DNA of 64,000 nucleotides from Chitinophagales bacterium (GTDB taxonomy: Bacteria > Bacteroidota > Bacteroidia > Chitinophagales > JADJOU01). Position numbers and translations under genes: made by a program. A model generated the notes under the pieces. That model did not search any database. It saw only the letters and a list, made by a program, of their open reading frames with translations, and was not told the DNA's origin. Within the stretch, counting starts at the first letter, position 1. Each line of letters begins with the position of its first letter. The stretch spans positions 2,635 through 66,634 of the forward strand of contig JBEIDU010000004.1 of the NCBI GenBank assembly GCA_040383345.1, read 5' to 3'. Of this stretch, positions 19,386 through 30,931 are shown piece after piece.

Positions 19386-21638
19386 ATGTACTTAAAAAGA
19401 TTTTTTTTGGTATTAAATCTTATATTTAATATTAATTTAATTAGCCAAAATATATCACAATTTAATATTTTTTACAACGATACAAAAGATCCCGTTTTTG
19501 GAGCCAAGGTATTGTTCTATAAAGGAGTTAAGATTGTAAATAATTCGCTTAGCGATGAAAATGGAAAAGTTGAATTTAATCGTGACTTAGATTTTGAGTA
19601 TTTAGAGATTAAAAAATCGGGATATCAAATAATCTCTTTCTCCAAAGGAACAAATATTAGTGCTATATATCTAAAGCCAAGAGCTAATGAAATAGATGAA
19701 GTTGTCATCACAGGCCAAATTATTCCTGGAAATAAATATCAATCTCCATTCAAATTAAAATTTTATTCAAAAGAAGAAATTGAAAGTAAGAATTCCGTAA
19801 ATCTGGCAGATTTTTTACAAACAGAAAATAATTTTCAAATTACGCAAGATGCCGTTTTGGGTACAAAAGTTTCTTTAAATGGTATGAATGGACAAGATCT
19901 GAAGATATTGATTGATGGTATTCCTGTTGCAGGAAGGCTTAATGGTACAGTTGATTTTTCCCAGATTTTACTCAATAATATTGAACGCATTGAGGTGGTA
20001 GATGGTCCTTTATCTGTTATATATGGAACCAATTCATCTGGGGGTGTTATAAATTTAATTTCAAAAAGTAAAGTAAAAGAAGATATAGCCGTCAATGCTA
20101 ATTTATTTGCTGAGAGCGTGGGACAGATCAATTTTAATGGTTCAATTTCGACAAATAAAAAGGGTAATCAAATTCGTCTTGAATTTGGACGAAATGTATT
20201 TTTGGGTTGGGATCAATTCGCGGATTCTTTAAAAAAAACTATCAAGCCGCTATGGCGCGATGAAGATTGGAATCCAAAAGAACAGTATTTTGCTAATTTT
20301 TCTTTTTATAGAGCCTTGAACAAAAAATCAAAATTACATCTCAAATTTAATGGGTTTTGGGAAGATATACTCAATAAGCAAGACCCCGCTTCGGCATATT
20401 CCGAAAATGTAATTGATGATCAATATAAAACCTCTCGAATCAATATTGGAGGTACATTTGATTATAAAATTAACAATGAATTTGAATTGTTACAAAGTGC
20501 AAATTTTACTACATTTATACGAACTACCTCTTATTATTCCCAAAATTTAACCACAGCTAAAAGATCGCTTTTGAATCAAGTGGATGAAAATTTTTATAAT
20601 TTTTTCTACAGAGCTATTTTGCGACAGGATGCTTTTAAAACCAAGGTAAAGGTTTTATATGGGATGGACCTGAACTTAGATATGCTTCAAGCTCAAAAAA
20701 TCTTAAATCAAACTAAAGCCTTATACGAAGTAGGTTTTTTTTCAATGGTTAATCTTCAGCTTAACGAACAATTATTTTTCCAGCCAGGTCTTCGATTTGC
20801 AAACAACTCTTTATTCCCTAGTACATTGGCTCCTACATTCAATCTTAGATATGACTTTTCTCAAAAAGCAAGCGCAAGACTCTCATATTCACATGGATAT
20901 CGAAATCCTGAAATAAAAGAATTATTCTTTAATTTTGTAGATAATAATCATAATATCCAAGGAAATCAAAATTTACAAACAGAAGAAAATGACAATGTTC
21001 AGTTGGGATTTGATATTAAATCAAATAAGGAAGAAGATAAGCCGCATTCATATTCTACCTCTTTTACCTTATCATTGATTTCAAAAACTAATGCCATAGA
21101 AATAGTGCCTGTAGATGTATCTAAAAATGAATTTCAGTACCAGAATATAGGTAAATATAATTCAATGGTATTTTCACTTGACAATAGGATGAAAATCAAT
21201 AATATTATGTTTGGTTTGGGAGGCAATATATCGGGATTTTCAAGATTTTATAACAACACTGCCAATCAGATAAGTCAATTCCTTTTTAATGGTTCAGTCA
21301 ATTTGAATTGTACGTATACTTATAAGCCATGGAGTACAAAATTTACCTTCTTATCAAAATTTTATACCACCAATACTATTTCTGTTTTGAATATTACAAA
21401 CAATCGTGTAGAAACATCTGAATTTCCAAGTTATATAATGACCGATTTCAATGCATCTCGTAATTTTTTTGATAAAAAATTATCTGTAACCATAGGAGTT
21501 AAAAATATTTTCAATGTCAAAAATTTAAGTGTGCTGGGATACAATGGGAACTTTCATAGTGCTGCTGGATCTAATGAAGTCAATTTCTTATGGGGTCGAT
21601 CAATTTTTACTACAATTAACTTAAATCTAAGCAAATGA
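19386..21638 (+). CDS. TonB-dependent receptor (HmuR/heme- or cobalamin-type)
   Basis: IDEVVITG, ILIDGIP, IERIEVVDGPLSVIYG..SSGGVINLI plug; GYRNP..KEL, GNQNL, GVKNIFN barrel motifs. Confidence 0.9.
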   Translation: MYLKRFFLVLNLIFNINLISQNISQFNIFYNDTKDPVFGAKVLFYKGVKIVNNSLSDENGKVEFNRDLDFEYLEIKKSGYQIISFSKGTNISAIYLKPRANEIDEVVITGQIIPGNKYQSPFKLKFYSKEEIESKNSVNLADFLQTENNFQITQDAVLGTKVSLNGMNGQDLKILIDGIPVAGRLNGTVDFSQILLNNIERIEVVDGPLSVIYGTNSSGGVINLISKSKVKEDIAVNANLFAESVGQINFNGSISTNKKGNQIRLEFGRNVFLGWDQFADSLKKTIKPLWRDEDWNPKEQYFANFSFYRALNKKSKLHLKFNGFWEDILNKQDPASAYSENVIDDQYKTSRINIGGTFDYKINNEFELLQSANFTTFIRTTSYYSQNLTTAKRSLLNQVDENFYNFFYRAILRQDAFKTKVKVLYGMDLNLDMLQAQKILNQTKALYEVGFFSMVNLQLNEQLFFQPGLRFANNSLFPSTLAPTFNLRYDFSQKASARLSYSHGYRNPEIKELFFNFVDNNHNIQGNQNLQTEENDNVQLGFDIKSNKEEDKPHSYSTSFTLSLISKTNAIEIVPVDVSKNEFQYQNIGKYNSMVFSLDNRMKINNIMFGLGGNISGFSRFYNNTANQISQFLFNGSVNLNCTYTYKPWSTKFTFLSKFYTTNTISVLNITNNRVETSEFPSYIMTDFNASRNFFDKKLSVTIGVKNIFNVKNLSVLGYNGNFHSAAGSNEVNFLWGRSIFTTINLNLSK

Positions 21639-22651
21639 AATTGAAGTATAATAGTTTAATTTTTTTTATTTTATCATTGAATTCTTGTATCAAAGTTATC
21701 GATGGACCTATCGATATTCAAAAGCCTAATTTTACTGCTATTGAAATTCCTTTGACAAAAGATTATAGCCAAAAAGTATATTACAGCTTGGCTACTAAGT
21801 CTATAGTCAAAACAACAAATACATATAGCTGGGATATAGCATTTACAAGCGATTTGACAAGAAAAGGAAAAGTTCTTTTAAATTATGCATACGGTGAAAC
21901 CGGTGGAAAAGGGATGAATACATTAAATACGGATTTTGATTCTATTTATACAGCAAGTAATATTGAAGCAAATGCGCTTAAATTTAAATATGCCAATTTT
22001 TATGATATAAATTCTAATTTATTTGATAATTCACTCTCATATATTAATAACGAACTTACTTCAAATCAAAATGTATTTATTCTTGTATTAGAGCCAGGTA
22101 GAGTTATAAAAGTACAAATTCTTCAATATACAAAAACAAATGTAGTTTTTAGACATGGAAAAATTGACAATACAGATACAGTTACAGTTTCTATGCCTTT
22201 AAATCCCAATAATAATTATAATTATTATTCTTTTAAAAATAAAAATATAGTATCCGTAGAACCTTCAAGTAATACTTCTTGGGATATTGAGTTTACAAAA
22301 TATACTACACTATTGACCGAATTTAATAGTACAAGATATTATGCAGTTACAGGCGCTATTTTAAATCCGTCAAAATCACTTGAGTATACAATGATTAATA
22401 ATATAAATATTGACAATGTTGATATTGCAAAAGCTTCAATACAATCTTATAAATTGGATTTATTGGGAATAGGGTATAGTTGGAAAAAATTTAGCAGTCC
22501 ATCAAGCGATGGATTTTATACTATAGAGCCAAGAACCTATATTGTCAAAGAGGGGCCAACATTCTATTCGATTCAGTTTACTGAATTTTCAAAATTGATT
22601 GGAACGACCATGGAGAAAGGTTATCCTCAATTTTTGCAAAATAATTTATAG
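21635..22651 (+). CDS. HmuY-family lipoprotein (tandem HmuY-like domains)
   Basis: Lipobox LNSC; YYSL....V.....SWDIAF and YYSF....V..EP....WDIEFTKY; C-terminal GYPQF. Confidence 0.75.
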   Translation: MKLKYNSLIFFILSLNSCIKVIDGPIDIQKPNFTAIEIPLTKDYSQKVYYSLATKSIVKTTNTYSWDIAFTSDLTRKGKVLLNYAYGETGGKGMNTLNTDFDSIYTASNIEANALKFKYANFYDINSNLFDNSLSYINNELTSNQNVFILVLEPGRVIKVQILQYTKTNVVFRHGKIDNTDTVTVSMPLNPNNNYNYYSFKNKNIVSVEPSSNTSWDIEFTKYTTLLTEFNSTRYYAVTGAILNPSKSLEYTMINNINIDNVDIAKASIQSYKLDLLGIGYSWKKFSSPSSDGFYTIEPRTYIVKEGPTFYSIQFTEFSKLIGTTMEKGYPQFLQNNL

Positions 22652-22766
22652 TACAAAAACTTAAAAACAATGTTAAATCATAAGTATTTTCATATTGAAA
22701 TACAAACAAGAAGCATTGATAAATAAATTATCCTTATTTTTGCATTTTTAATATAAAAAAAATATT

Positions 22767-23684
22767 GTGGCGTTAAATAAAGACTTCAAAGTAGCAATCT
22801 TAGCTATTGTTTCAATCATATTTATGGTATTGGCATATCAATTTATGCGAGGTACGTTGATGCATAATGCAGAGCCAATCTACTCTTCATATTTTACAAA
22901 TGTAACAAGCCTTAAAAAATCAGATAAGGTTTTTTTGAATGGAGTACAGGTGGGTGTAATAAAAAATATTGATTTTGCCGATATCAAAGACCCCAATAAG
23001 ATAAAAGTAGATTTTTCTATAAATCCCAATTTACAAATTCCAAAGAATTCGGTCATTGAAATAATAAGTTATAGTTTGATGGGAAATAAAGGATTGAAAA
23101 TCAATATGGGCACTGGAGAATTTGCCAAAGCTGGCGATTTATTTAACGGAATGAATGAAAAAGGGATGTTTGAGGGAATTACAGAAAATGTAGGCCCCCT
23201 TGCCGATCAGTCTACTATAATGATGCAAAATGTAAATACTTTGTTTGATAGAAAACAACGTGAAAATTTGTATGTTACTATTGGCGAATTAAACAAAACT
23301 CTTACGGCATTGCAGACCATGGTTAATTCCAATCAACATGCTATCAATGGAACACTAGGCAATGTTGAAAAGCTTACAAAAGCTTTGGCCGTAAAGCAAA
23401 ATGATATAGCTCAAATTATTTCTAATACCAAAGAAATGACCTCGCAGATGAAAAATGCCGATTTGTCCAAATCTATGAATAAAATGAATCAATCAATGGA
23501 CGAACTCAATAAATTGATGGTAGATATCAATAAAGGAAAAGGTTCTTTGGGCAAATTGATGAAAGACGAAGAATTGTACAATAAACTGGCAAGCACCTCT
23601 AAAAGTGCGGATGAATTGCTCAAGGATATGAAAGAGAATCCAAAGCGATATGTTCATTTTTCTGTTTTTGGAGGCAAAAAATAA
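22767..23684 (+). CDS. mlaD: MlaD/MCE-family protein
   Basis: N-terminal TM, V.LNGVQVG.I MCE domain, coiled coil, GKGSLGKLMKD..LY, NPKRYV.FSVFG. Confidence 0.88.
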   Translation: MALNKDFKVAILAIVSIIFMVLAYQFMRGTLMHNAEPIYSSYFTNVTSLKKSDKVFLNGVQVGVIKNIDFADIKDPNKIKVDFSINPNLQIPKNSVIEIISYSLMGNKGLKINMGTGEFAKAGDLFNGMNEKGMFEGITENVGPLADQSTIMMQNVNTLFDRKQRENLYVTIGELNKTLTALQTMVNSNQHAINGTLGNVEKLTKALAVKQNDIAQIISNTKEMTSQMKNADLSKSMNKMNQSMDELNKLMVDINKGKGSLGKLMKDEELYNKLASTSKSADELLKDMKENPKRYVHFSVFGGKK

Positions 23685-23686
23685 TC

Positions 23687-25213
23687 TTGATAATACTCAA
23701 TGCCATTCGAATGAAATCTAAAATTGGAATACTATTAGGTGTTTTGTTTTTTTGTGTTTCAAGAATAGCATCCCAGGAAACCGCTCAGATAGAAATTTTG
23801 TGGAGCGATGAAGCCATCCTCGAATTTGTAGAAAATAATCCAGTCAAAAGGCTTTTAGGACATGTAAAATTAAGGCATAAAGGCACCTTATTTTTTTGTG
23901 ATAAAGCCAATATTTATTATACCAATAATGTAGATGCCGAAGGCAATATTCGTATTGTGCGTCCAAAAGGCACAACAATTACAGGCAATATTCTCAACTA
24001 CTTTAGCGATCAAAAATTGGCGTTGATTCGGGAGAATGTAATCCTCTCCGATAAGAAATCGAAGCTCTACACGCCCGATATGACATATGATATGAATATC
24101 GAAACAGCTTATTTCACGAATGGCGGAAAAGTTGTCAATGATTCCACCATCATTACCTCTAGGCACGGAACATATTATACAAAAACCAATCAGGCTTTTT
24201 TTAAGTATGATGTTCAGCTGACCAATCCCAAGTATAAATTAAAATCGGATACACTGGAATACAATACCAAGCAAAAAAGAAATTATTTTTACCAAGCCAC
24301 AACTATTGAAAACGATAGTGGTTATATTTTTTGTAATAGAGGCTGGTACGATGAAGCTACTAATCAGTCCAGTTTTGGAAGAGGAACTATTATTTATAAT
24401 CCCCCTCAATGGATAATGACCGATTCTATTTTTTATGATAAAAAAAATGAATTGTCTCGAATATACAAAACCTTTGAATATCATGATACTGCTACCAAAG
24501 TACATATCTTTGGAGATACTGCAGATTATTATAGCAAAGAAAAACATATTTTGGCATATAATAGACCGTTGCTTTTATATGAAACCGACAATAAAAATCC
24601 TTTGTTTATCCGTGCCGAAATTCTTGAGAGCAAGGAACTAGAAGGTAAAAAATACTTTTATGGACATAAAAAAGTACGAATCTATAATAAAGAGTTTCAG
24701 GGCGTCTGCGATAGCTTTGAATATAATGCTCAAGACTCAATAATGCGAATGCGCATAAATCCTATTTCATGGTTAGTGGACAAAACACAAATCATGCAGC
24801 TGACAGGTGAAGTGATAAATATGAAATTAAAAAATAAAAATCTGGAGAAAGTTTATGTTAATCAAAATGGATTAATCGTTCAAGAGGAATTCAAAAACTA
24901 TTATAATCAAATTAGTGCCGATACAATTAATATATACATGAAAGAAAAGAAAATGGATTATATGCATGCCATTAAAAATGCAAAAAGTATCTATTTTGCC
25001 AAAGAAGAACCCAAAGGATATTTGGGATTAAACAACTCCGAAAGCTATCGTCTCAAAGCCCTTTTTGATGAGGGAAAACTATCTAGAATCATATTCTATC
25101 ATCAGCCCAAAGCCACATTCTATCCTACAAAAGATATTAATCTCCAAAATAGTCGGTTGGCTAATTTTCAATGGCATATCGAACAAAAACCAAAAGATGA
25201 TAAAGACTTGTAA
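23687..25213 (+). CDS. OstA/LptA-like beta-jellyroll LPS transport protein
   Basis: GHVKLRH......CDKA, repeated DTL.Y/DSI.Y/GDT beta-jellyroll units. Confidence 0.8.
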   Translation: MIILNAIRMKSKIGILLGVLFFCVSRIASQETAQIEILWSDEAILEFVENNPVKRLLGHVKLRHKGTLFFCDKANIYYTNNVDAEGNIRIVRPKGTTITGNILNYFSDQKLALIRENVILSDKKSKLYTPDMTYDMNIETAYFTNGGKVVNDSTIITSRHGTYYTKTNQAFFKYDVQLTNPKYKLKSDTLEYNTKQKRNYFYQATTIENDSGYIFCNRGWYDEATNQSSFGRGTIIYNPPQWIMTDSIFYDKKNELSRIYKTFEYHDTATKVHIFGDTADYYSKEKHILAYNRPLLLYETDNKNPLFIRAEILESKELEGKKYFYGHKKVRIYNKEFQGVCDSFEYNAQDSIMRMRINPISWLVDKTQIMQLTGEVINMKLKNKNLEKVYVNQNGLIVQEEFKNYYNQISADTINIYMKEKKMDYMHAIKNAKSIYFAKEEPKGYLGLNNSESYRLKALFDEGKLSRIIFYHQPKATFYPTKDINLQNSRLANFQWHIEQKPKDDKDL

Positions 25214-25286
25214 GTTAAATACGTAGTATTAAATCGTTAATTAACTATACTCAAAATAAAAATATTTGTTTTTGTGAAAAAAAGAT

Positions 25287-25350
25287 TATATTTGCACTTA
25301 AATTTGGAGTAGAAATTGATAAGAAGGGAAGCTTAAGCTTCCCTATTTTT
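25287..25350 (+). promoter_or_regulatory. rimP promoter (TATATTTG) and rimP-leader hairpin/attenuator
   Basis: TATATTTG at 25287-25294; AGGGAAGCT-ta-AGCTTCCCT followed by ATTTTT directly before rimP. Confidence 0.7.
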
Positions 25351-25356
25351 ATATAA

Positions 25357-25851
25357 ATGGGGTATATGGATTTAAGTGAAAAAATAAAATTGAAGTTGAG
25401 AAAATGGTCTGAAGACTATTGTCGTCAGAATGAATTGTTTCTTGTGGATGTTACGGTTATTGGGCTAAAATTTAATGTATACGCGGATTCTATGACCAAT
25501 ATTACCATACAAGAATGTGCCAAGCTTAATCGTTTCTTGCAAGGTAAATTAGATGAGGATTCTGAAGTGCCTGAGATATATACTCTAGATGTATCATCAC
25601 CCGGCATGTCCAATTCATTGAAATTGCCTATTCAATACAAGAAAAGATTGGATAAAAATTTGAAAATTACAAAAATAGATGGGATAGATATTGAAGGAAA
25701 AATTGTGCATGTAGATGATGAAGGAGTAGCGGTTGAAGTTACGATTCCTATGAATAAAAAATTAAAACAACCCGAAAGAATAGAAACATATTCACTAAAA
25801 TATAACGAAATAAAAAAAGCATTAATACCTATAAAATTTAACAAAAAATGA
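25357..25851 (+). CDS. rimP: Ribosome maturation factor RimP
   Basis: ITIQECA..NR, YTLDVSSPG; upstream of nusA. Confidence 0.92.
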   Translation: MGYMDLSEKIKLKLRKWSEDYCRQNELFLVDVTVIGLKFNVYADSMTNITIQECAKLNRFLQGKLDEDSEVPEIYTLDVSSPGMSNSLKLPIQYKKRLDKNLKITKIDGIDIEGKIVHVDDEGVAVEVTIPMNKKLKQPERIETYSLKYNEIKKALIPIKFNKK

Positions 25852-27086
25852 GTAATATAGATTTGATTGACTCGTTCTCCGAGTTTAAAGAACAAAAAGG
25901 AATTGATAAAGTAAAAATGATGCGTCTTCTTGAAGATGTGTTCCGAACTTCATTAAAGAAAAAGTATGGAAATACAGATAATTTTAGTATCGTAATCAAT
26001 ACTGATAAAGGTCAAGTAGAGATTTATCAAAGTAGAGAAATTGTAGAAGACGATCAGGTAGAGGATTCTGTAAAACAAGTAGGAATTAGCGATGCCTTGA
26101 AATTAGACGAAAGTTTTGAGATAGGTGAGGAAACGTATGAGCAAATCGAAATTCATGAATTGTCTCGAAGAGCTATTATGGCCGCAAAACAAACGTTACA
26201 TTCAAGAGTTACGGAGTTGGAAAAAGACGAAGTTTATAAAAATTACAAAGATAGAGTAGGCGAGATTGTAACGGGTGAAGTATATCAAGTATGGAGAAAT
26301 GAGGTTTTAATCTTAGATAGTGATGGCAATGAACTTATTTTGCCAAAAGGTGAGCAAATCAAATTTGATTACTACAAAAAAGGAGATGCTATCAAAGCCG
26401 TTATCAAAGAAGTAGAATTGAGAAATAATCTTCCTAGAATAATCTTAAGTAGAATTGACCCTTCATTCTTGGAAGCTATGCTATCATTGGAAGTTCCAGA
26501 AATTATAGATGGTCTTATAGCCATAAAAAAAGTAGTGCGTGAACCAGGCGAAAAAGCAAAAGTAGCTGTAGAAAGCTATGATGATAGAATTGATCCTATT
26601 GGAGCATGTGTAGGGGTGAAAGGTTCAAGAATTCATGGCATTGTAAAAGAATTACAGAATGAAAATATAGATGTAGTTAATTTTACAAATAATTTTGCAC
26701 TATATATTCAGCGTGCTATGGCGCCAGCCGTTATCAATTCTATTGAAATAGATGAAAAAAATAAGCGTGTAAAAGTATGGTTGGAACCCGATCAAGTATC
26801 GTTGGCTATTGGGAAAAATGGTGTAAACATTAAATTAGCTAGTAAATTGATTAACTACAAAATAGATGTATATAGAGATATTGATAATGATGAAGAGGAT
26901 ATCGATTTAGATGAATTCAATGATGAAATCGATCAGTGGATAATTGATGAAATCAAAAAAATAGGATGTGATACTGCTAAAAGTGTGTTGAGTTTGAGTA
27001 TTGAAGAATTAGCAAAAAGAGCTGACTTAGAAGAAGAAACGGTAAGAGATGTAATGCATATATTAAAAAATGAATTTGAAAAATAA
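25848..27086 (+). CDS. nusA: Transcription termination factor NusA
   Basis: S1 domain, [42 protein letters not shown] motifs. Confidence 0.98.
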   Translation: MSNIDLIDSFSEFKEQKGIDKVKMMRLLEDVFRTSLKKKYGNTDNFSIVINTDKGQVEIYQSREIVEDDQVEDSVKQVGISDALKLDESFEIGEETYEQIEIHELSRRAIMAAKQTLHSRVTELEKDEVYKNYKDRVGEIVTGEVYQVWRNEVLILDSDGNELILPKGEQIKFDYYKKGDAIKAVIKEVELRNNLPRIILSRIDPSFLEAMLSLEVPEIIDGLIAIKKVVREPGEKAKVAVESYDDRIDPIGACVGVKGSRIHGIVKELQNENIDVVNFTNNFALYIQRAMAPAVINSIEIDEKNKRVKVWLEPDQVSLAIGKNGVNIKLASKLINYKIDVYRDIDNDEEDIDLDEFNDEIDQWIIDEIKKIGCDTAKSVLSLSIEELAKRADLEEETVRDVMHILKNEFEK

Positions 27087-27130
27087 AAATTTTATTTTTC
27101 ATTCAAATAATAACAATTTTAAAAAAATCA

Positions 27131-29920
27131 ATGGCCGAACAAAAACCAACAAGATTAGCCAAAGCGGCAACATACTTCAACGTAGGTAGAGAGGAAATTT
27201 TGGAATTTTTAATTTCAAAAGGCTTTTCTATTGATAATAATCCCAATGCTAAAATTGAGGATAACATGTTTGCTGCTCTTGCCGAAAAATATCAGGTAGA
27301 GCACAATCAACGTGAAGAATCTAATTTACTAGGTAAGAAAGAATCTGTAGTGTCTGCTTCCGAAGTTATTGAAGTACAAGATATAGCAAAAACTGAGCCG
27401 ACAAAAGAAGTGAAAGAAAAACCTACAAAGTTAGAAGACCCTGAAGCCGATTTGATAGTCGAAGATTCTGAAGAAGATGTCAAACTTGATGCTCCAAAAG
27501 TTGTATTGACGGGACCTAAAGTATTGGGGAAGATGAATTTAGAGGATTTAGAGCCTAGAAAGAAATCTAAATCTAAAAAAGAGGAACCTGCTCCCTTAGT
27601 ATCTTCAAAAAAGAAAGAAAAACTTGAGAAAGAACCTGAATTAGTGGATGAAGAATCAGTGTTAGAAATTCCTGATGCTAAAGAAGAGCAAATTTCTCAA
27701 GAAGAAGAAATTATAGCTCCAAAAATTGAATCCTTGGGCGAAGATACTGTAGAGCATATTACCACAAGATTCCAAAAATTGGAAGGTGCGAAAGTATTGG
27801 GCACCATAAATTTGGATGAATTTAAGAAAAAAGAAACTCAGAAACCTGCCCCAAAAGTTCAAGATAAAAAACGAACGCGTATCTCTGATAATAAAACTAC
27901 TGGAGATAAGACACGTGTCAAATTTGATAATTCTTCAAAAGATAACGCGTTCCAAAAACCAAAGAAAACCTTTGAAAAAGATAAGAAAGAGGTTAAAAAA
28001 TCGGATGAGCCTCAAGTATTGAGCGAAAAAGAAATCGAAGATAATATCAAGAGAACGGAAGCCAGAATGAATGCTTCGTTGTCCAAAGGTCAAAGACAAA
28101 AAATTAGAAAGAAAAAGAGAGAGGAAATTCACGAAAAACTTCGTCAAAATGAAGAAGTAGAAAATGATAAATTGCTCAAAATCACCGAGTTTATTACGGT
28201 GAGCGATTTGGCTAATTTAATGGGACTTTCTGCTACGCAAATTATCAGTTTCTGTTTTGGAATGGGTGTAGTAGTATCTATTAATCAACGTCTTGATGCA
28301 GAAATTATTGAATTGATTGCTTCAGAATACGATTTTGAGGTTGAATTTATTTCTTTAGAGGATAGCAATATAATAGAGGAGGAAGAGGATGATCCTGCTG
28401 ATTTGGAAGGTCGTGCACCTATTGTTACCATCATGGGACACGTAGACCACGGTAAAACTTCATTGCTTGATTATATTCGAAATGCCAGTGTAGCTAAGAA
28501 AGAAGCGGGTGGAATTACTCAGCATATTGGAGCATATGATGTATTAGTGCCAAAATTAGATAGAAAAATTACTTTTATCGATACACCGGGTCACGAAGCT
28601 TTTACAGCGATGCGTGCTCGTGGTGCTAAATTGACGGATATAGCAGTAATTGTAATTGCAGCGGATGACAAAGTGATGCCACAGACTCGTGAGGCTATTA
28701 GCCACGCACTTTCGGCCAATGTACCAATGATTTTTGCTTATAACAAAATGGATAAAGACGGTGCCAACCCTGATGGCGTTCGTACCCAATTATCAGAGAT
28801 GAACTTATTGGTAGAAAGCTGGGGTGGAAAATACCAAGAACAAGAAATTTCGGCTAAAAAAGGAATGGGAATCGAGGATTTGCTCGAGAAAATTCTTTTG
28901 GAAGCAGATATGCTCGAACTCAAAGCCAATCCAAAAAAGCTCGCTACAGGAACTGTAATTGAGGCGTCTTTAGACAAAGGTAGAGGCTATGTAGCTACGG
29001 TATTGGTATTGGGTGGAACAATGGAAGTGGGCGACTTTATCGTAGCGGGTTCTTGCTATGGAAAAGTAAAAGCTATGACCGATCACAAAGGAAATAAAGT
29101 GAAAAAAGTATTGCCAGGAGAGCCAGTACAAATCTTAGGATTGAACGGTGCGCCATCGGCAGGTGAGGTTGTTCGTCAATTCAACGATGAACAAGAAGCC
29201 AAACAAATAGCCTACAAACGTTCACAAATTGAGCGTGAGCAAGGAATCCGTACCAAAAAACACATTACGTTGGACGAAATTGGAAGACGTTTGGCATTGG
29301 GTACGTTCAAGGAGCTCAATATTATTATCAAAGGAGACGTGGATGGTTCGGTACAAGCATTGACCGATTCATTGATCAAATTGTCTACCGACGAAATTCA
29401 AGTAAATATTCTCCACCGTGCGGTAGGAGCTATCTCCGAGTCCGATGTACTCTTGGCTACCGCTTCGGATGCCATTATCATTGGATTCCAAGTGAGACCA
29501 AGTGCACAAGCCAAATTATTGGCAGAGAAAGAACATATCGATATTCGCCATTATTCGGTTATTTATCAAGCTATTGATGAAATCAAAGCCGCTATGGAAG
29601 GAATGCTTGAGCCTACTGTGGAAGAAAAAATCACAGGAAACTTGGAAGTATTGGAAGTATTCAAAATTCCAAAAATTGGTTCAATTGCAGGATGTATGGT
29701 TAAAGACGGTAAAGTATACCGAACCTCCAAAATTCGTATTATACGCGAAGGTATCGTAGTACATACTGGCGTTTTGGATTCATTGAAACGATACAAAGAC
29801 GATGTGAAAGAAGTAGTACACGGACAAGATTGTGGTTTGAATATCAAAAATTACAACGATATTCAATCGGGCGATATCATCGAAGCGTACGAAGAAATAG
29901 AAGTGAAGAGAACCCTATAA
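27131..29920 (+). CDS. infB: Translation initiation factor IF-2
   Basis: [51 protein letters not shown]. Confidence 0.99.
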   Translation: MAEQKPTRLAKAATYFNVGREEILEFLISKGFSIDNNPNAKIEDNMFAALAEKYQVEHNQREESNLLGKKESVVSASEVIEVQDIAKTEPTKEVKEKPTKLEDPEADLIVEDSEEDVKLDAPKVVLTGPKVLGKMNLEDLEPRKKSKSKKEEPAPLVSSKKKEKLEKEPELVDEESVLEIPDAKEEQISQEEEIIAPKIESLGEDTVEHITTRFQKLEGAKVLGTINLDEFKKKETQKPAPKVQDKKRTRISDNKTTGDKTRVKFDNSSKDNAFQKPKKTFEKDKKEVKKSDEPQVLSEKEIEDNIKRTEARMNASLSKGQRQKIRKKKREEIHEKLRQNEEVENDKLLKITEFITVSDLANLMGLSATQIISFCFGMGVVVSINQRLDAEIIELIASEYDFEVEFISLEDSNIIEEEEDDPADLEGRAPIVTIMGHVDHGKTSLLDYIRNASVAKKEAGGITQHIGAYDVLVPKLDRKITFIDTPGHEAFTAMRARGAKLTDIAVIVIAADDKVMPQTREAISHALSANVPMIFAYNKMDKDGANPDGVRTQLSEMNLLVESWGGKYQEQEISAKKGMGIEDLLEKILLEADMLELKANPKKLATGTVIEASLDKGRGYVATVLVLGGTMEVGDFIVAGSCYGKVKAMTDHKGNKVKKVLPGEPVQILGLNGAPSAGEVVRQFNDEQEAKQIAYKRSQIEREQGIRTKKHITLDEIGRRLALGTFKELNIIIKGDVDGSVQALTDSLIKLSTDEIQVNILHRAVGAISESDVLLATASDAIIIGFQVRPSAQAKLLAEKEHIDIRHYSVIYQAIDEIKAAMEGMLEPTVEEKITGNLEVLEVFKIPKIGSIAGCMVKDGKVYRTSKIRIIREGIVVHTGVLDSLKRYKDDVKEVVHGQDCGLNIKNYNDIQSGDIIEAYEEIEVKRTL

Positions 29921-29941
29921 TTTTTTTAGACTATTCCTAGT

Positions 29942-30841
29942 ATGAACTATCAAGAAGTAATTAAAGAAGTTTGCCTCAAAGATGAAAAATTTGTAGTATT
30001 TACAGCCGAAAATAGAGCCGTAGTACGAGAGCTTCCACCCATCCTCAACGATAGATTTATCGATGTGGGAATTACCGAACAAAATATGATAGGAATGGCC
30101 GCAGGAATGGCTTTGAGAGGTCGAGTGCCTATCTGTCATGCCCTTACCAATTTCTTATTGTTTCGTGCCTACGAATTTATTAGAAATGACGCAGGAATTC
30201 CGCATTTACCCGTAAAATTGAGTGGTTGGATTCCCGGTTTTTTGTCCGATGGAAATGGCCCAACGCACCAATCATTGGAAGATGTAGGGATTATGCGCCT
30301 TATCCCAGGTATGCAAGTATTTTGTCCTTCGGATAATGATGATATGGTTATGATGCTTGAAAAAGTATGGAATTCACCCAATCCTTCTTATATTCGTGTA
30401 AATCCTCGCCCTGCCAAAATCAAACATACAATCCCGTTTGAAATAGGAAAAGCCGAAGAATTGGCAAAAGGAAAAGATGTAACCTTGCTAGTATACGGAT
30501 TTTTGTTGGAAGAAGCCCTTGTAGCTAAAGAAATTCTTGAAAAATCGGGCTTGAGTGTAGGACTTGTAAATATGCGAAGTTTGCAGCCTATCGACGAAGA
30601 ATTTGTAGTAAGTCTCAAAAACAAAACGTCTAAATTGGTAGCTATAGAAGATCATTTCCAAGTAGGCGGTCTCTATTCTATTCTTTCCGAAATTATGGTT
30701 AGAAATCAATATGTAATGCCACTTCAAAGCATTTCTATGGGTGCTCGCTGGTTCAAACCCGGTTTGCTTTCCGAAGTCCTCGAATACGAAGGATTTACAG
30801 GTGCAAAAATTGCTGCTAAGGTATTGGAGGATAGGGGTTAG
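29942..30841 (+). CDS. Transketolase-family C-terminal (pyrimidine-binding + C-terminal) subunit
   Basis: RFIDVGITEQNMIGMAAGMALRG, GPTHQSLED, G.DVTL, VAIEDH...GGL. Confidence 0.88.
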   Translation: MNYQEVIKEVCLKDEKFVVFTAENRAVVRELPPILNDRFIDVGITEQNMIGMAAGMALRGRVPICHALTNFLLFRAYEFIRNDAGIPHLPVKLSGWIPGFLSDGNGPTHQSLEDVGIMRLIPGMQVFCPSDNDDMVMMLEKVWNSPNPSYIRVNPRPAKIKHTIPFEIGKAEELAKGKDVTLLVYGFLLEEALVAKEILEKSGLSVGLVNMRSLQPIDEEFVVSLKNKTSKLVAIEDHFQVGGLYSILSEIMVRNQYVMPLQSISMGARWFKPGLLSEVLEYEGFTGAKIAAKVLEDRG

Positions 30842-30900
30842 ATTTTAGGTTTTAGGTTTTTGTGATTAGTAACTAGTAATTTGTAATTAGCAAAACCCCG
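30842..30900 (+). repeat. Degenerate heptamer tandem array (ATTTTAG/TAATTAG type) right after the transketolase stop
   Basis: attttag gttttag gtttttg tgattag taactag taatttg taattag, then caaaaccccg. Confidence 0.75.
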
Positions 30901-30931
30901 CGTTATTCCCTAAAAATAATTATCAATCAAT

